A DNA stretch of 64,000 nt from Octopus sinensis (GCF_006345805.1 NC_043015.1:39742001-39806000), one strand, 5' to 3'; positions 13,948 to 27,814 are shown, counted from the first letter of the stretch. Notes: generated by a model not told the origin, from the sequence alone. A program made the numbers and translations.

Positions 13948-13985
<38 letters not shown>

Positions 13986-14146
13986 CACACATTTTCACAA
14001 TGACCTCGAACCCACAAGTGTGAACAAGAGAGACAGAGAAAGGCAGAAACAAGGAAAATGCCACTTATATTTGAACACTATACAAATATTCCTTTAAAAA
14101 AACATTTCTTTTAATTTTAATTTTTCTAAATTTAATTATTTAATCG

Positions 14147-14190
14147 TTACAGTTGAAAAGGTCTCAAAATGACTGAAACCGGTACTGAAA
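14147..14190 (+). ncRNA. Minimal type I hammerhead ribozyme motif, U3-A8 core variant, in a Penelope-like terminus
   Basis: TTACAG-TTGAAAA-GGTC tcaaaat GACT-GAA-ACCGGT-A-CTGAAA. Stem I TTACAG/CTGAAA has 1 mismatch, stem II is GGTC/GACT, stem III is palindromic ACCGGT, cleavage triplet GUA. Confidence 0.62.
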
Positions 14191-14238
14191 TGTTCTTTAT
14201 AAAATTATTTTAGCATTTTCTATTTTGACTTATTTTTT

Positions 14239-14280
<42 letters not shown>

Positions 14281-15089
14281 TGAACAGTACCCCCATGGAT
14301 GGTAGTGTATGTAACAGCAGTATCACATTCACCACCATGAATATAAACAGTACCCTATTGTTGGTCTTACAGGGGATCTTGAGAGGGGATTGCCAGCTAA
14401 CCAAATGATGTAGTATTTGGGGACTCTTAAAAGGAACCCAATCTTTCTTTATATCAGTGTGGTGGGGCCACCCTGAGAGTTTATCAGAGATTGTAAGATC
14501 TGGCCTTTGTAGTGACTTTGAGTGTTTCAGTTGTCTGTGACTAGAGATGGTGAAGCAGAAGTGTGCTTGTCTCTCTCTCTTTGTCTGTCTGTCTGTCTCT
14601 CTCTCTCACACATTCGGGGAAAGAGCTGGTATAGTGAAGTCATTATTGTTTAGGGTCCTGCATCTGATTTAGAGAATCAGTGTGTGCAAAGGTAAAGGAT
14701 GGGTGGAGAGGGATGTCATCTTAAACAGGGATGCATGTTGTTAGAATTGACTGGCAGCAGGTTATTTATTAGGGTAGAGAAAGAAGAGTGGGGGAGAACA
14801 TGCTGAACCTTGCTGTACACCCGAAGAAGGAGAGCATGGATGATAGAGAAAGGAGATGGGAGAGAGAGAGAGAGAGAGAGAGATAGTTGCATATTACAAT
14901 GGTGGTGGAAACTTCTGATCCAAGAAATAAGCTGTACAGTATGTAAATTAGAGGACTGGGAAGGGGGGAATCACCTAGGTAACAGATTGTTGTATCGTTT
15001 ATGAAGGTGAGAGACCGTTGGTGATAGATTGGCTGAGGATGAAGAGAGGAACATCGTAAGGGTGGTGATTGTTGATGGCTTGAAAGGGA

Positions 15090-15296
15090 TGCTGGTGACA
15101 TGTAAAATGCATCCGGTACAGCACTCTGTGAAGTGGTTGGTATTAGGAAGGGCATCCAGCTGTTGGAACCATGTCAGAACAGACGGGACCTTGATGCAGC
15201 TCCCAGCATTGCCAGCTCCTGTCAAACGATCCGACCCATTCCATCATGGAAAACTGATGTTAAGCAACAACAATGATGACGACGATGATGATGATG
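15090..15296 (+). mobile_element. RTE LINE 3' tail copy (diverged)
   Basis: TAGGAAGGGCATCCAGCTG...CATGGAAAACTGATGTTAAGC, then a GAT-rich tail. Confidence 0.75.
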
Positions 15297-16321
15297 TATG
15301 AAAGATGGGGGTGACGGTTGTTAATGGATATTTGAGCTGCTGGGAGTGAGATCAATAGTTGGCAGTGTTCAATATGGGGCTACCTTTCTTGGGGTGGGGG
15401 AATTTTATGGGTGGCTGTTGGTACATATAATTAGCGACCACCTCCAGGTATTTGTATCAGCTAAACGAAAGAATGTGTTGTGTAGAGTTTAAGCTTGTTT
15501 TAGTCATCTACATAACATCAGTTGTTGCAGAATTACACTTCTCCTCTAACTCTCTCTCTCTCTCTCTCTCACTCTCTCTTCCCTTAACGATTTCTGAAGT
15601 ATCAATAATTCATAAGCATATTGTCTAAAGGGGCAGGCCCTCTTTATTCAGGCTGATTGGATTTGTGGAAACTGAACCAAAACCAGAAATTAGATTTTGT
15701 TTTTTTTTTTCTGGCAGACTTGATGGCAGAGAGCTGAGTCGAGCACCATGTGTATAATATCACACATATATAGATATATGTGTGTGTTTGGTGAAACAAT
15801 CACAAGAAAGAGAACTCAATACTTGAGTGTGAGTGTGTATGTATGTGCATGTAACTTCTACTTTATACACACACATACATATATATACACATACATACTC
15901 ACACACATACATATGTCTCTCTCACTCTCTCTGTATGTATATATGTGTGTGTGTGTGTGTTTATATACATATATAAAACTGCTAGAGCCCCTTTAGCCAA
16001 AGGTCTACTCAGTTAGGACTACCCTGACTTTTAAGTCAATGACCATCCCTCCTAGAAAGACCAGCTACAGCCCTTAAATACCCAGCTTCTTGCATTTCCA
16101 CATCTCCAAGTCCTGCTTTCAATTTTCCTTATAAAATCAACTGCATTGTCTCGTTTGCCTGTGTATATTACCGGTATGTCTTCTAATTAATTAATCCTCT
16201 TGCTTTTCAGAGATCGACATCTTACGTCTTATATTTTTAACCTTTGTCTATTAATATATTTTGCTTACCCTTAAATATATTATTCACCTTATACCTTCCA
16301 CTAATGTAATTATATATAATG

Positions 16322-16439
16322 AAGCTGCCCCAGGCTCCAATCTGATTGGAGCATGGTGCAGCCTATTGGCTTGTCAGTCCCCAGTCAAACCGTCCAACCC
16401 ATGCCAGCATGGAAAACAGACGTTAAACGATGATGATGA
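16322..16439 (+). mobile_element. RTE LINE 3' tail copy (short)
   Basis: CCAACCCATGCCAGCATGGAAAACAGACGTTAAAC(GAT)n. Confidence 0.75.
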
Positions 16440-16481
16440 ATAAACCTCTTTAATTGTCAACTTTTTCAAGGAGTATCTTAT

Positions 16482-16660
16482 ATAGGAAGACATTCTATCA
16501 GGAGTATATTTATTTTACGAAGGTGTATCTTCTACCAGGAGTATATATATATATATATATTTTTTTTTTACAAGGGTGTATGTTCTGCTGGGACTACATG
16601 TTTTACAATGATGTATATTCTCCCATGAGTACATATCTTTTACAAGGGTGTATGTTGTTC
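16482..16660. repeat. Degenerate about 33-bp minisatellite (TTTTACAAGGGTGTAT..GAGTA)
   Basis: About 4-5 imperfect units. Confidence 0.6.
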
Positions 16661-16739
16661 GCAAATGGCAGAGAAGTGATTAATTTTCTTGCTTAAAATA
16701 AATTTTTAGGATTGTTTCAATCATTAAAAATTCTTCATT

Positions 16740-16900
16740 AACAAACCCGTTAATTGATCCAGTCACCGCTGAAGTATTTCTAGTCTCAATGAAGTTCTTT
16801 ATGGCTATATTTAGACACAAGTTCAATTCTTGATTAAGACTTTTGACATTTTTATTACCAATTCTTGAAGTTGTTTATTTTTCTAAGTCGCTTGTCCATT
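16740..16900 (-). mobile_element. Possible decayed LINE apurinic-endonuclease N-terminus
   Basis: Minus strand gives SRIGNKNVKSLNQ...FIETR, loosely like RIGTWNVR.L...SETR. Weak. Confidence 0.3.
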
Positions 16901-18193
16901 TTTGCCATCTTCTCCAATTTCATGTCGGAAACTCTTCTATGAGTTGGGGTGGTCTTTTAGATTGAGCGTTTGCTTAACACTGCTTCCTTACATCCTCCCC
17001 ACCTCTTATCTTGACTGCAAACTCAACTAACACTTTCTTAGAGTTGTTTTACAGGAGACAAACACTTCCTTTGTTTATTTCTGTGGAGGTTGTCACCATA
17101 GTCTGTTGATAATTATGTTGTTATTTGCAACTTAATGCCAACAGTTCTTTTGAAAGCTTCCACTGAACTCATTAATTTAATTTATCTAAATACTGCATAT
17201 TTAATTTGTTATTTAATTTATATTTCCATGACTTTTTCTCGCAACGCTTTGCCAGTTGTTCTCGAGATCAATTTGAAACCTGACCTAGCATCGTTGTTTA
17301 CATCAACAAAACCTCCACCCTGACCGTAATTTCACCTGCTTCGTTAATGGCAAATCAAACGGTGAATGCTTTTAATTCTTCAGCATTTTCCATATTGTTA
17401 CGGTTGCTTTTATATTATATTTTTCACTTCCGTCTTGTATAGTTTGTCTGCTTTTAACTCAATCAATAAACACAGCACTTAAATACTACCACAATGCTGC
17501 TGATTAGTACAGTTCTCTTACTCCCACTAGCAGACCGAGTACCAACAGAACCGATCTGTGTGAGCAACAGTAGCGACTCTATTTGAAAGCAATTACTCTC
17601 GTAAATGGCTTCTCTGTTGTCAAGATTCCTTCATCAGTAAAACCTTGTGTTTAACTCATTTATTTATTCTTATCTCGGTTTCTCTCTGTGAAATAATATT
17701 GGACTTCATTTCCAGCTGTGATCTATGTGAATGGGTGTTACACTTATTTAATGCTGTGCCATAAATGGAACAACCTGTTAGGGAGGGAGGAGTGCTAGAT
17801 CACTACACCTCTCCCTCTCCCTCTCCCTCCCTCCCCCCCTCCCCCTCTTTCTCTCAAACGCACATCAGGAAGCTGTGTCAGTCTCAGAAGCTGGGTGATA
17901 CATTTTTTCCCTTCATTTACCTCTGCTTAAAGACCCTTGGATTTACCTTTCCTTTCGTCAGGGGTTATGCTACCAAACTCCCTCGAGTTTACTGTTACCC
18001 TTTAATTATCTTGCACTCCTTTAATGGCATCAGAATTACTCAGTAAAGTCATAGACTTGACAGGAATTGATGTTTGGCACCCGGTGAGTTTCCATTTTCA
18101 CTTCTCCTCTTCAAATATTATTTACCTTTTCTTCCTTGATATTCCAAATCACCATCTTCATCACAATCATCATCATCATCATTATTATTATTA

Positions 18194-18234
<41 letters not shown>

Positions 18235-18819
18235 GTGTTGAAAACAAATGTAAATAAAGCAACAAAATGTTAATTTGGTCTCAACTCTAATGAGAGAGTT
18301 CCAATGTGATTTTAGCCCTGACATAATAATGTTGGTTTTCTTATAGAGAAATGCAATCATTCTCTCTCTCTCTCTCTCCCTACATTATTAGTAACACATG
18401 CATGTCTGTCTATATTTAGTAGACATCTCATCATCTTGTGGTGACACTACACACTACAGTACATCTTCCCTTTCTCTCTCTCTCTCTCTCTCGCACTCTA
18501 ATCAGTTTGATAAGAGAAATCTTGCATTTTTTTTCCACCTCAGTATGTATATACTGCGTGGTGTGTGTGCGTGTAAGTAGCATGCATCTGCATAGACAGA
18601 CATGCACACACATGCACTGATATATATATACATGTGCTACATGAAAATGTGGACATGGAGATTATTTATTTTCCTTCTTTTTCCTTCCCTTCAGATCATT
18701 TCTTCTTCTTCAATGTGTCAATGTAGTTTCACACTTAACCAAGGCCATATTATTATCGATATAATATTTTGACAAAGCAGAAGCTGTCTACCATTCTATG
18801 TGTATATACATCTGCACTT

Positions 18820-18852
<33 letters not shown>

Positions 18853-19734
18853 AAACACACACACACACACACATAATGTATGTACACATGCACACATACA
18901 CAGGAAAAGGCGTTTAATAAATCCTTTCACAGAAGACACACATGTGTCTATTGATTATTGTTATTTACATAAAAAAGAAGATATTTGCTCACATATTCTC
19001 CTTCCCCTCTCTCCCCGCCTCCCATCTCCCCCGTGCTGACATAGCCTTGCGGTTAACGGTTAACAACTCCTCTTCAGTCGACATTGTTCTGGGTTCAATC
19101 CCAGCCCGCAGAGCTCAATGACCGAGTACCTTTTACTGTGTATCTCGCTTGGGTGTGGCCAGGCTGCATTTGTGTTTACCATTGTAAACCAGTGTGGACG
19201 GTTGTTGTTGTTTGTCTTCACTTGACATAGCAGTTTGACAAGGAGAGATTGATGAAAATCGTGGGCGTGGGATGTGGTCCATATGATTGATGCAATGCCC
19301 CAACATGACCACAATCCAATGACTAAAACCAAAACACACACACACATCAGTTATCTAAATACAAATCATTATAATGATGATGATGATGATGATGTTGTGA
19401 TGCTGTTCAACAGTCATGACAGTGATGTTGATGTTGATGATGTTTGTAGACAATATTTCACCCTAGCTACAACCCCTGTCCCATGTCTCACAAACATACC
19501 CCAGCTCTATGTAAGTCAGGGACAACTGTAAAAACACTAAATGTACCACTAAAACCAACCTGTGTTTATATATGTGGGTATATATGTGTATGTATGATTA
19601 TATCCATGGACATCATCATCATCATCGTTTAACATCTGCCTCCCATGCTGGCATAGGTGGGCACATACATAGATATATACACACACACATGCATGTATAT
19701 GGTGGTGGTGGCAGGCTGTATATATATATACACT

Positions 19735-19757
19735 TCAGGCTGTATATATACTTATAC

Positions 19758-19791
<34 letters not shown>

Positions 19792-19880
19792 GTGTGTGTA
19801 TGTATGTATGTATGTATGTGTATGTATGTATGTATATGTATGTATGTGTATGTATGTATGTATATGTATGTATATATATG

Positions 19881-19940
<60 letters not shown>

Positions 19941-19962
19941 TATGTATATATATATATGTATG

Positions 19963-19996
<34 letters not shown>

Positions 19997-20025
19997 TGTA
20001 TGTATATATATGTATATATATATAA
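19735..20025. repeat. Long compound (TATG)/(TA) microsatellite
   Basis: Directly visible. Confidence 0.95.
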
Positions 20026-20376
20026 ACACATATATCCACGTAGATGAATACATTTGGGTGTGTGTTATCAATGTTGTATCAAAAAGGAAAGCTGTTTCTC
20101 ATATATACAAATATTTGTGTGTGAGTGCACAGTCCCCACCTCATAAATATGTATATGTGGAGATATATTAATGTTTGTGTTTTAAGTGCAGTTTATAATA
20201 AAAACAATTTGACATTAATCTGATAAGTTACTCCATACTTTCAGTAGAGTTGAGTGCAAATTCTTTATTTCTTTCATAAGAAGCGTACTGACTGGGACTT
20301 GGAACAGTCCAACGATGGCTTGCTTCACTGACGGAAACTTCGAAGTTACTATTAGTAATATTCATGTTTATGTATA

Positions 20377-20449
<73 letters not shown>

Positions 20450-20462
20450 ATGTATGTATATA

Positions 20463-20867
20463 TACTCTTTACTCTTTTACTCGTTTCAGTCATTTGACTG
20501 CGGCCATGCTGGGGCACCGCCTTTAGTCGAGCAAATCGACTCCGGGACTTATTCTTTGTAAGCCCAGTACTTATTCTATCGGTCTCTTTTGCCGAACCGC
20601 TAAGTGACGGGGATGTAAACACACCAGCATCGGTTGTCAAGCAATGCTAGGGGGGAAAAACACAGACACACAAACATATACACACACATATATATACATA
20701 TATACGACAGGCTTCTTTCAGTTTCCGTCTACCAAATCCACTCACAAGACATTGGTCGGCCCGGGGCTATAGCAGAAGACACTTGCCCAAGATGCCACGC
20801 AGTGGGAATGAACCCAGAACCATGTGGCTGGTTAGCAAGCTACTTACCACACAGCCACTCCTGCGCC
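20463..20867 (-). mobile_element. SINE family B, full length
   Basis: The head GGCGCAGGAGTGGCTGTGTGGTAAG is at the right end on the minus strand. Confidence 0.88.
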
Positions 20868-20879
20868 TATATATGTATG

Positions 20880-20921
<42 letters not shown>

Positions 20922-20965
20922 CATACACACACACACACACACACACACATATATGTGTGTATATA

Positions 20966-21458
20966 GGTGCAGGTAAGGCTATATGTGAAGAAGTTTGCTT
21001 CCCAACCACATGGTTCCGGGTTCAGTCCCACTGCATGGCACCATGGGCAAGAGTCTCCTACTATATAGCCTTGAATCAACCAAAGCCTTGTGAATGGATT
21101 TGGTAGATGGAAACTGAAAGAAGCCTGTCATTTATACATACATATATATGTATGTATCTGTGTTTGTCCCCGTAGCGCCATTTTGACAACTGGTATTGGT
21201 TTGTTTACATACCTGTAACTTAGCAGTTTGACAACAGAGATTTATGGAATAAGTACCAGACTTATATAAATATATAAAATACTTGGGTTGATGTATTTCA
21301 CTAAAGTAGTGCCCCAGCATGGCCACAGTCTAATGACTGAAACAAGAAAATGATAAAAGATCCACTGCACGGCACCTTGGGCAAATATCTTCTACTATAG
21401 CCCCAGGCTGACCAAAGCTTTGTGAGTGAATTTGGTAGACAGAAACTGAAAGAAGCCC

Positions 21459-21501
<43 letters not shown>

Positions 21502-21712
21502 GTTTGTGTGTCTGTGTTTGTCCCCCCACCATCGCTTGACAACCGATATTGGTGTGTTAACGTCCTTCTAACTTAGCAGTTTGGCAAAAGAGACCGATAG
21601 AATAAGTACTAAGCTTCCAAAGAATAAGTCCTGGGGTCGATTTACTCGACTAAAGGCGGTGCTCCAGCATGGCCACAGTCAAATGACTGAAACAAGTAAA
21701 AGAAAGAATAAA
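20966..21712 (+). mobile_element. Two tandem SINE family B copies (20966-21360; 5'-truncated 21361-21712)
   Basis: GGTTCCGGGTTCAGTCCCACTGC head (the second copy starts at CCACTGC). Both end in the ACAGTC..ATGACTGAAACAAG tail. Confidence 0.85.
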
Positions 21713-21859
21713 AATATACATATGTATGTATATACACACTCACACACAGAGTAGGGTGGAGGATATCAGAGATGATCTACATTACTTAAATAATGAAAAA
21801 CTACAGCACAGCCTGGTCTCACAGATCAATATAATCATATAATATAGAGCTGTATCTCC

Positions 21860-21861
<2 letters not shown>

Positions 21862-21942
<81 letters not shown>
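21862..21942. repeat. (GT)n microsatellite
   Basis: Directly visible. Confidence 0.95.
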
Positions 21943-21947
<5 letters not shown>

Positions 21948-22248
21948 GAGCTGGCTCCTCTATGAATATATAATTGAGGTAAACAACTCTTTTGCAATTT
22001 GTGCCATGTTTAAAACAAAGAAACGTTATTGAATGGAATTGTCTGGTGGAGATGAACGGCAGAGATAATACCGAGTGGGTGGGTGTGTGTATGTGTGTGT
22101 GTGATGTTCTCTCTCTCTCTCTCAGTTTGTCTCTGTCCTTCCCTCTCTCATCGGTTCCTGTAGAACCTTCCAACTCCTTATGATGTTAATATATACCTAC
22201 ATACACACATGTGGCTTATATGTGTCTCATTCTGCACCTCTGTCTGTC

Positions 22249-22285
<37 letters not shown>

Positions 22286-22596
22286 GTCTGTGTGTCCCGT
22301 GTGGATAAATGTCTTATATTTACACATAATGAACCCAGTGTTTACACATGTCAGTTGAATCTATAAAAGATATCACTTTCCATTAACCGCCCAAGAAAAT
22401 GTCTAATATATATATTTGTGTAACTCCAGCCACAGTCCACCTAACTGTAAATAGGGAACTAAATGCACATTACTACTACTGTCTCTGCTGTAAGCAGTGG
22501 GAGTATTGTATTGTTAATGGGTGTTTCATTTGCATTAAGTGGTGCAGATTTCAAATTCTACTGCAAGACAATTTTTAATACATTTCTCAGTATTTC

Positions 22597-22989
22597 ATGT
22601 TGGCTGTGTGGTAAGTAGCTTGCTTACCAGCCACATGGTTCCGGGTTCAGTCCCACTGCGTAGCACCTTGGACAAGTGTCTTCTACTATAAGCCTTGGGC
22701 TGACCAAAACCTTGTGAGTGGATTTGGTAGACAAAAACTGAAAGAAGCCTGTCATATATACGTATATGTATATGTTTCTGTATCTGTGTTTGGCTCCCCC
22801 TGCCCACCATCACTTGTCAACTGAGGTTGGTGCATCTACGTCCCCGTAACTTAGCGGTTCGGCAAAAGTGACTGATAGAATAAGTACTAGGCTTACAAAG
22901 AAAAAGTCCTGGGGTCGATTTGTTCCACTAAAGGTAGTGCTCCAGAATGGCCACAGTCAAATGGCTGAAACAAGTAAAGGAATAAAAGA
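22597..22989 (+). mobile_element. SINE family B
   Basis: Same organisation. Confidence 0.85.
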
Positions 22990-23000
22990 CACACAGAAGA

Positions 23001-23199
23001 ACCTTTTTGATGTAAATAATATTTGGTGTTAATATGGTCCGATTTGAATTTTTTCTTCTACGGAATGAAGAGCAAGCCTTCTTCTATCATACTCTCAATT
23101 TTGGTCAACTTGCGCCGCAGGGTCTCGGAGGAGATAGTGTTAGTCGAAGGCTACCAAACCTGCCATACACAGACAACTTCAGCTTTATATATACAGAGA
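23001..23199 (-). mobile_element. Helitron family 1, 5' half only
   Basis: Near-identical to about 10675-10854. Confidence 0.75.
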
Positions 23200-23946
23200 T
23201 TAGTTATGGTAGTTTTGAGGAGGGTGGTGGTGGTTCTATTCCTTATTTAGAAATATTTTCAACACATTTCCTGACGATAAAAACTAATGGGAACATTAAT
23301 GGTATGTTGTTCTGCGGAGAGAACCTAGTTTTTCTTCTTGGAGACTTGAGCTGGGGAGACAAAAGCATTCTTCCAATAGGTTCCATATGTAAATAGACCC
23401 CCCCCCCACAAACACATCACTTTGCTTTGTCGTACTTCATTGTTGTACAGTAAATATATAAGGAATTGGTTTTACAGTGCCACTACTTTGGCTTTGCCAC
23501 ATGTAAGCAGTTTATTTCCATGTGTAAGGAATCAGTTCTTTGTATCGTGTTCAGACGTTTTGCTTTGATGCTTGCAGAATATTTAAATGTGTTGGAACTG
23601 CCATATTTAATGGAGAGAATATTAAAAATATTAACTAGAAAAAATTAATATCCAGCAAGGAAAATAGACGTAACCTCAACACCAAAGCATAGTCTTCAGT
23701 GTCTTTGGTGAATGTGCCATGAAAGAATCAGGGAGCAAATATATATAAGATAGGGTTTATTTGTTGGTGTAAGAACAGGGAACAGTTTAACGGTGAGATA
23801 ATGTGCATGTATGTATATATGTGTGTGTATGTGTATATATATATATATGTATATAGGAAGAATTCACAAAAAATAAACAAAAGATGAAGACAGGTAGTGT
23901 GGATAATAAACAGATGTATTAGTTTAGTGCTTGGGGAGTGAAAATG

Positions 23947-23984
23947 TCTTTAATGTTTCGAGCCTATGCTCTTCCACAGAAAGG
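23947..23984 (-). ncRNA. Degenerate hammerhead-like motif (CUGUGGA core) in a Penelope-like terminus at about 23855-24030
   Basis: Minus strand reads CCTTT-CTGTGGA-A-GAGC atag GCTC-GAAAC-ATT-AAAGA. Same family as 56166-56203. Confidence 0.45.
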
Positions 23985-24240
23985 AACACAGAAAGAAAGA
24001 AGGAGAGAAAATAAAGAATGTGTAGTGGCTAGTGCTCTATCACGAGTTGTTGGCAATTTCTTTTCCTTCTTTGGACTTTTCCCCTCTCTCTTTTCTGACA
24101 AAGAGCTATGCTTGAAATGTCAAACCCTCTCTTTCCACCGAGTGCCAAACTAAGACATTCCTTGTCCATGTCCTCTTGTCCGTTAATTTTATTATTTGCT
24201 TTTTTTTTTAATTGACTATCTATCTATCTATCAATCTGTT

Positions 24241-24272
<32 letters not shown>

Positions 24273-24280
24273 GATATATC

Positions 24281-24367
<87 letters not shown>

Positions 24368-24957
24368 CACTCTGTATTTAAGTCCTGGGATTACTTCTGC
24401 GGATTTCATACACCATACAGAGTATATAATGAAAGGAACTCCTGATTTACCTGTTGACTGAAGTACAGTTTAATTGTTTATCTGAAACAGTGAGTGCATA
24501 TATGTATGTATGTATATTATGTACAACATCTCTCTTCTGTTACTCCCTCTCTCATCACATTGTCTTCTATCACCCTTCCTTTCATTCAGTGTGGTTTGCC
24601 AAATCTGGATTGTATCAGAGTGCCAATAAGGTACCTGCCCAGATTCGAAGTCCCTTTTCTTTTATGCTATTTAGATATTTTCTGTGCCCTCTTGGTTTGC
24701 TGGGACCTCTCCCCTTATATCACAGCTCTTACTACAACTAAGACCATGGCGGAGTTTCACACGACAAATATTTTATTTTATGTTGCTAGTATTTTAGGGA
24801 AAGGTGTGATCATCGTAATCATCTCTATTGTCGTAACCTTTTAGCACTTGTGTCCAGAGGTAGCTTCTTCTGGTCATCTGTTGAACCACCAATTCTCATT
24901 AACCAATCATTGAAAAACCAATTCATTTTGGCAAGGTGTACCTTTAATGATTTCACC

Positions 24958-25115
24958 TGAGTTGTTGATATTTGTTCATGTACCTCTCGGTCATTAGCCT
25001 CAAATCGCCAGGTCTGGTCGGCGTTTGTGAGAGATGCAGCATTGAGGATGAATGAAGCCAGCTCGACCCACCCCGGGTGAATGCTGTCTCAAGACAAGAA
25101 GAAGAAAGAAAAGAA
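24958..25115 (+). mobile_element. 3' end of a second RTE-like LINE family
   Basis: Reads ..SLASNRQVWSAFVRDAALRMNEASSTHPG* followed by an (AAG)-rich tail. Resembles RTE C-termini (DR..W...VRD....AGSTRPG*). Confidence 0.5.
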
Positions 25116-26067
25116 CAGACTGGTTTCTCCAAAAGGCTTCCTTGCATTTTCTATCTAAAAAAAAAATATTCACACCGAGACTTTCAATGGTTCAAAGCTG
25201 CAGCGAACGTGCAATGGAACCCGAGATCACGGTTGTGATGCTTTTACCACACTCCCTAACCATATAGCCACACGTGTAACCTCTTAAACGCCACAAGCCA
25301 TGGTAGTAGTGGTGGTGATGGTGGTGTCAGTGATGGAGCTCTTCCGTAATATAACCACAACAACAACATAATTACACACTCAGATATATATACACTTCAT
25401 TTAGGTGGGGAGGGAGCAAGTAATTTTGAAGCAGGGGGGAGAGGGGACACACGGACACACACATTTTTCACATTAAATTACATAAAAAAAAGATCCATTT
25501 TTTTGTTTTATTGATGAATGTTCTCCAAATAAATATGAGAAGAGGAGAGCCATTAACTACTACTACCACTACTACTACTAGTATGTGGTCCATCTACCCA
25601 GGACTGTAAGGTGTAGAGGTGGGGTCGGGGGTCAGTTTGTTTTTTTACCTAGAAGGCAGGTTGCCCAAATATACAAGTTATTCTGTCTGTGATTTATTTA
25701 CCTCAGTGGTCAGCGATTGTGGCCTGGCAGTGGGCCCAGGACAACTGTAGATGAACTGTAATTGGAGCCAATGCTGTTGATGATGATGATGATGATGTTG
25801 ATGACCTTAGTAATGAAAATACCATGTTCAGTTGATTACATTGTTGTTTAAATACAAGTATGTGTGTGTGTGTGTGTGTGTGTGAAAGAGAGAGAGAGCA
25901 TGTGTGTGTGTGTCTGTGTGTCCCTTCTCAGAAGTCATGTGGTGTTTCAGCTTCTGATTCCTTGTTCCAGCAAAGTAGTCAGGCTGCATCTAAAACATCA
26001 TCCTTCTCTGTCTGCACCTCCCGGAGTATGTGATCTCCACTTCACTGAATCTGTAATGTATTTAATA

Positions 26068-26472
26068 CTAGCAGTATCGCCCGGCGTTAGTTGGGTTTGT
26101 AAGGGAAATAAGTATATAAGCATTTTTAGAGAGTTATAGCCAAAAAATAGCCAAAAATGCATTAAAAATGGGAAAAAAATGATGGTAAATTTTTTTTTAA
26201 ATCGTTGACTCATCGTAGACATTTTTAGAGAGTTATTTCCCTTATATAATAGCGAAAAAATGCATTAAAATGGAAAAAAACGATGGTAATTTTTTTTTTA
26301 AATCGTATACTTATCGTAGACACGTGCTAATACACAGAAGGGCTCGATATGAATCAGGACTATAAGATACTATAAGATTCTTATTTGGTTAAACTGCACC
26401 GCAAAATGTGGGAGTAGTTAGGAATCTAAATCGTAGGAGACAGACACACAACCTCTCTTTTATATATAAAGA
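26068..26472 (-). mobile_element. Non-autonomous Helitron, family 2 (internal about 100-bp tandem duplication)
   Basis: Minus strand A|TC start, ends ..AACGCCGGGCGATACTGCTAG|T. The 3' end is shared with family 1, the interior is different. Confidence 0.75.
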
Positions 26473-27814
26473 TTTGAAAGACAAATGATAAGCCCCTTAG
26501 TAGTACACCCGTATAATTAGGATACACTTGTTAGTTAAGTAATACACCTGTACAGTTGTATAACTCAGTGTTATACTCATTTAGTTAGATAATACCCCTT
26601 TCTGGGAAGATGGTATACAATTGTGAGGAGATAATTTTTTTCCCTCTTTGATTGGTTAATTCAGACCGGTTGATGTAATTTCCATTCATTAATTGTTAAT
26701 ATCTACCCTTATTGTTCTCTCAGCTCTTGTGAAGACAGTCTGTACCCGAGGGTACATTATTCATGTATGTCCAGATAACAAGCAATTCTACCTTAATTTC
26801 TAATCATTACAAAAATAAAATAAAACAAAACAAAGAAACATAAACATGTGTTATCGATTTTGCTGCTCACAATTTTTGCTGGAACGATCTCGTTAGTTCC
26901 AGCAAGGTCTGGGGGTGATCACAGGAATTTCAAAGACAGACGAAGGCAGCAGGCAAACCGTTCGGTTCTTTGTGGAATTATTTACTCTCCGTCTGTAATT
27001 AGGGGGGGAATTTTCTTTTTTCGCTAAAAGAATGCGGGTAACCACAACATCACCATTCGCAACAAGTGTGGATGGGTGGGGTGATAGGGGGATGGGGTGG
27101 GGTGGGGGATAGAAGTACCGAATAATGGTGCTTCGTTTGCTTTTATCAGGATAGAGGGGGAGAAAGGAGGAGGATGAGGAGGAGGAAGGGGGAATGAGAG
27201 TTAGGGAGAGAGAGTTGTGTTACATTAGCTTATATTTCTTATCCTCCCCCCCCCCCACCAACCCAACCCCTCGTCTCTTAACTTTGAAAATATGCAGTAA
27301 GAATTCTATTTCCTGGCCATTTAGAATCACTTCTGGTTCTTTCATTGCTGCCCTGTTTCCCCTTTCCTTGTTTTAATGGTTGTTGTTGTTGTTATTATTA
27401 TTATCATCGTTATTATTGGCCCATTTTCATTGTTAACTGATGCTTGAATTTTAGCTTGACTTTTGTCTGATCAGTTGATTTATTGATCAATCTATTGATC
27501 TCTGCTCTGCTGTTGGTTTTCTTTTTTTTTTATTTTATTAGCAATTTACTATCAGAATAAAAACTGAGCTGGTTTTTAATGCTGTTCATTCCTGTTACCG
27601 TTTCTTGAATAATTGCACAATTGGGCTCGGGAACAGAAACAACATTTATATTTCCTGCTCATTACATTACCATTCTTCACTAAAAGTTAAAGCTGTCGCT
27701 GTTGTTATCGTTGTTGCTGTTGCTGTTGTTGCTATCTCTTGGCTCTGTTTTGCATAACTTCAGTTGAAAGTGGACTGTGTAGGACTTCTGTTGAAATGGG
27801 TTCAATTAGAGAGA

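Noticed and set aside
14800-14886. ATG-initiated frame considered as Dock first exon
   Set aside because: It hits TAG within an (AG)n tract before any donor.
19572-20171. Cluster of YIYI/MYVC ORFs up to 199 aa
   Set aside because: TA/TATG microsatellite artefacts. The same applies to most other ORFs in the track.
26931-26972. CAAAG-A-CAGACGA..AAACCG tt CGGTT-CTTTG, hammerhead-like
   Set aside because: U4 and G12 are both lost and stem II is unpaired. Too degenerate to call, possibly an old relic.
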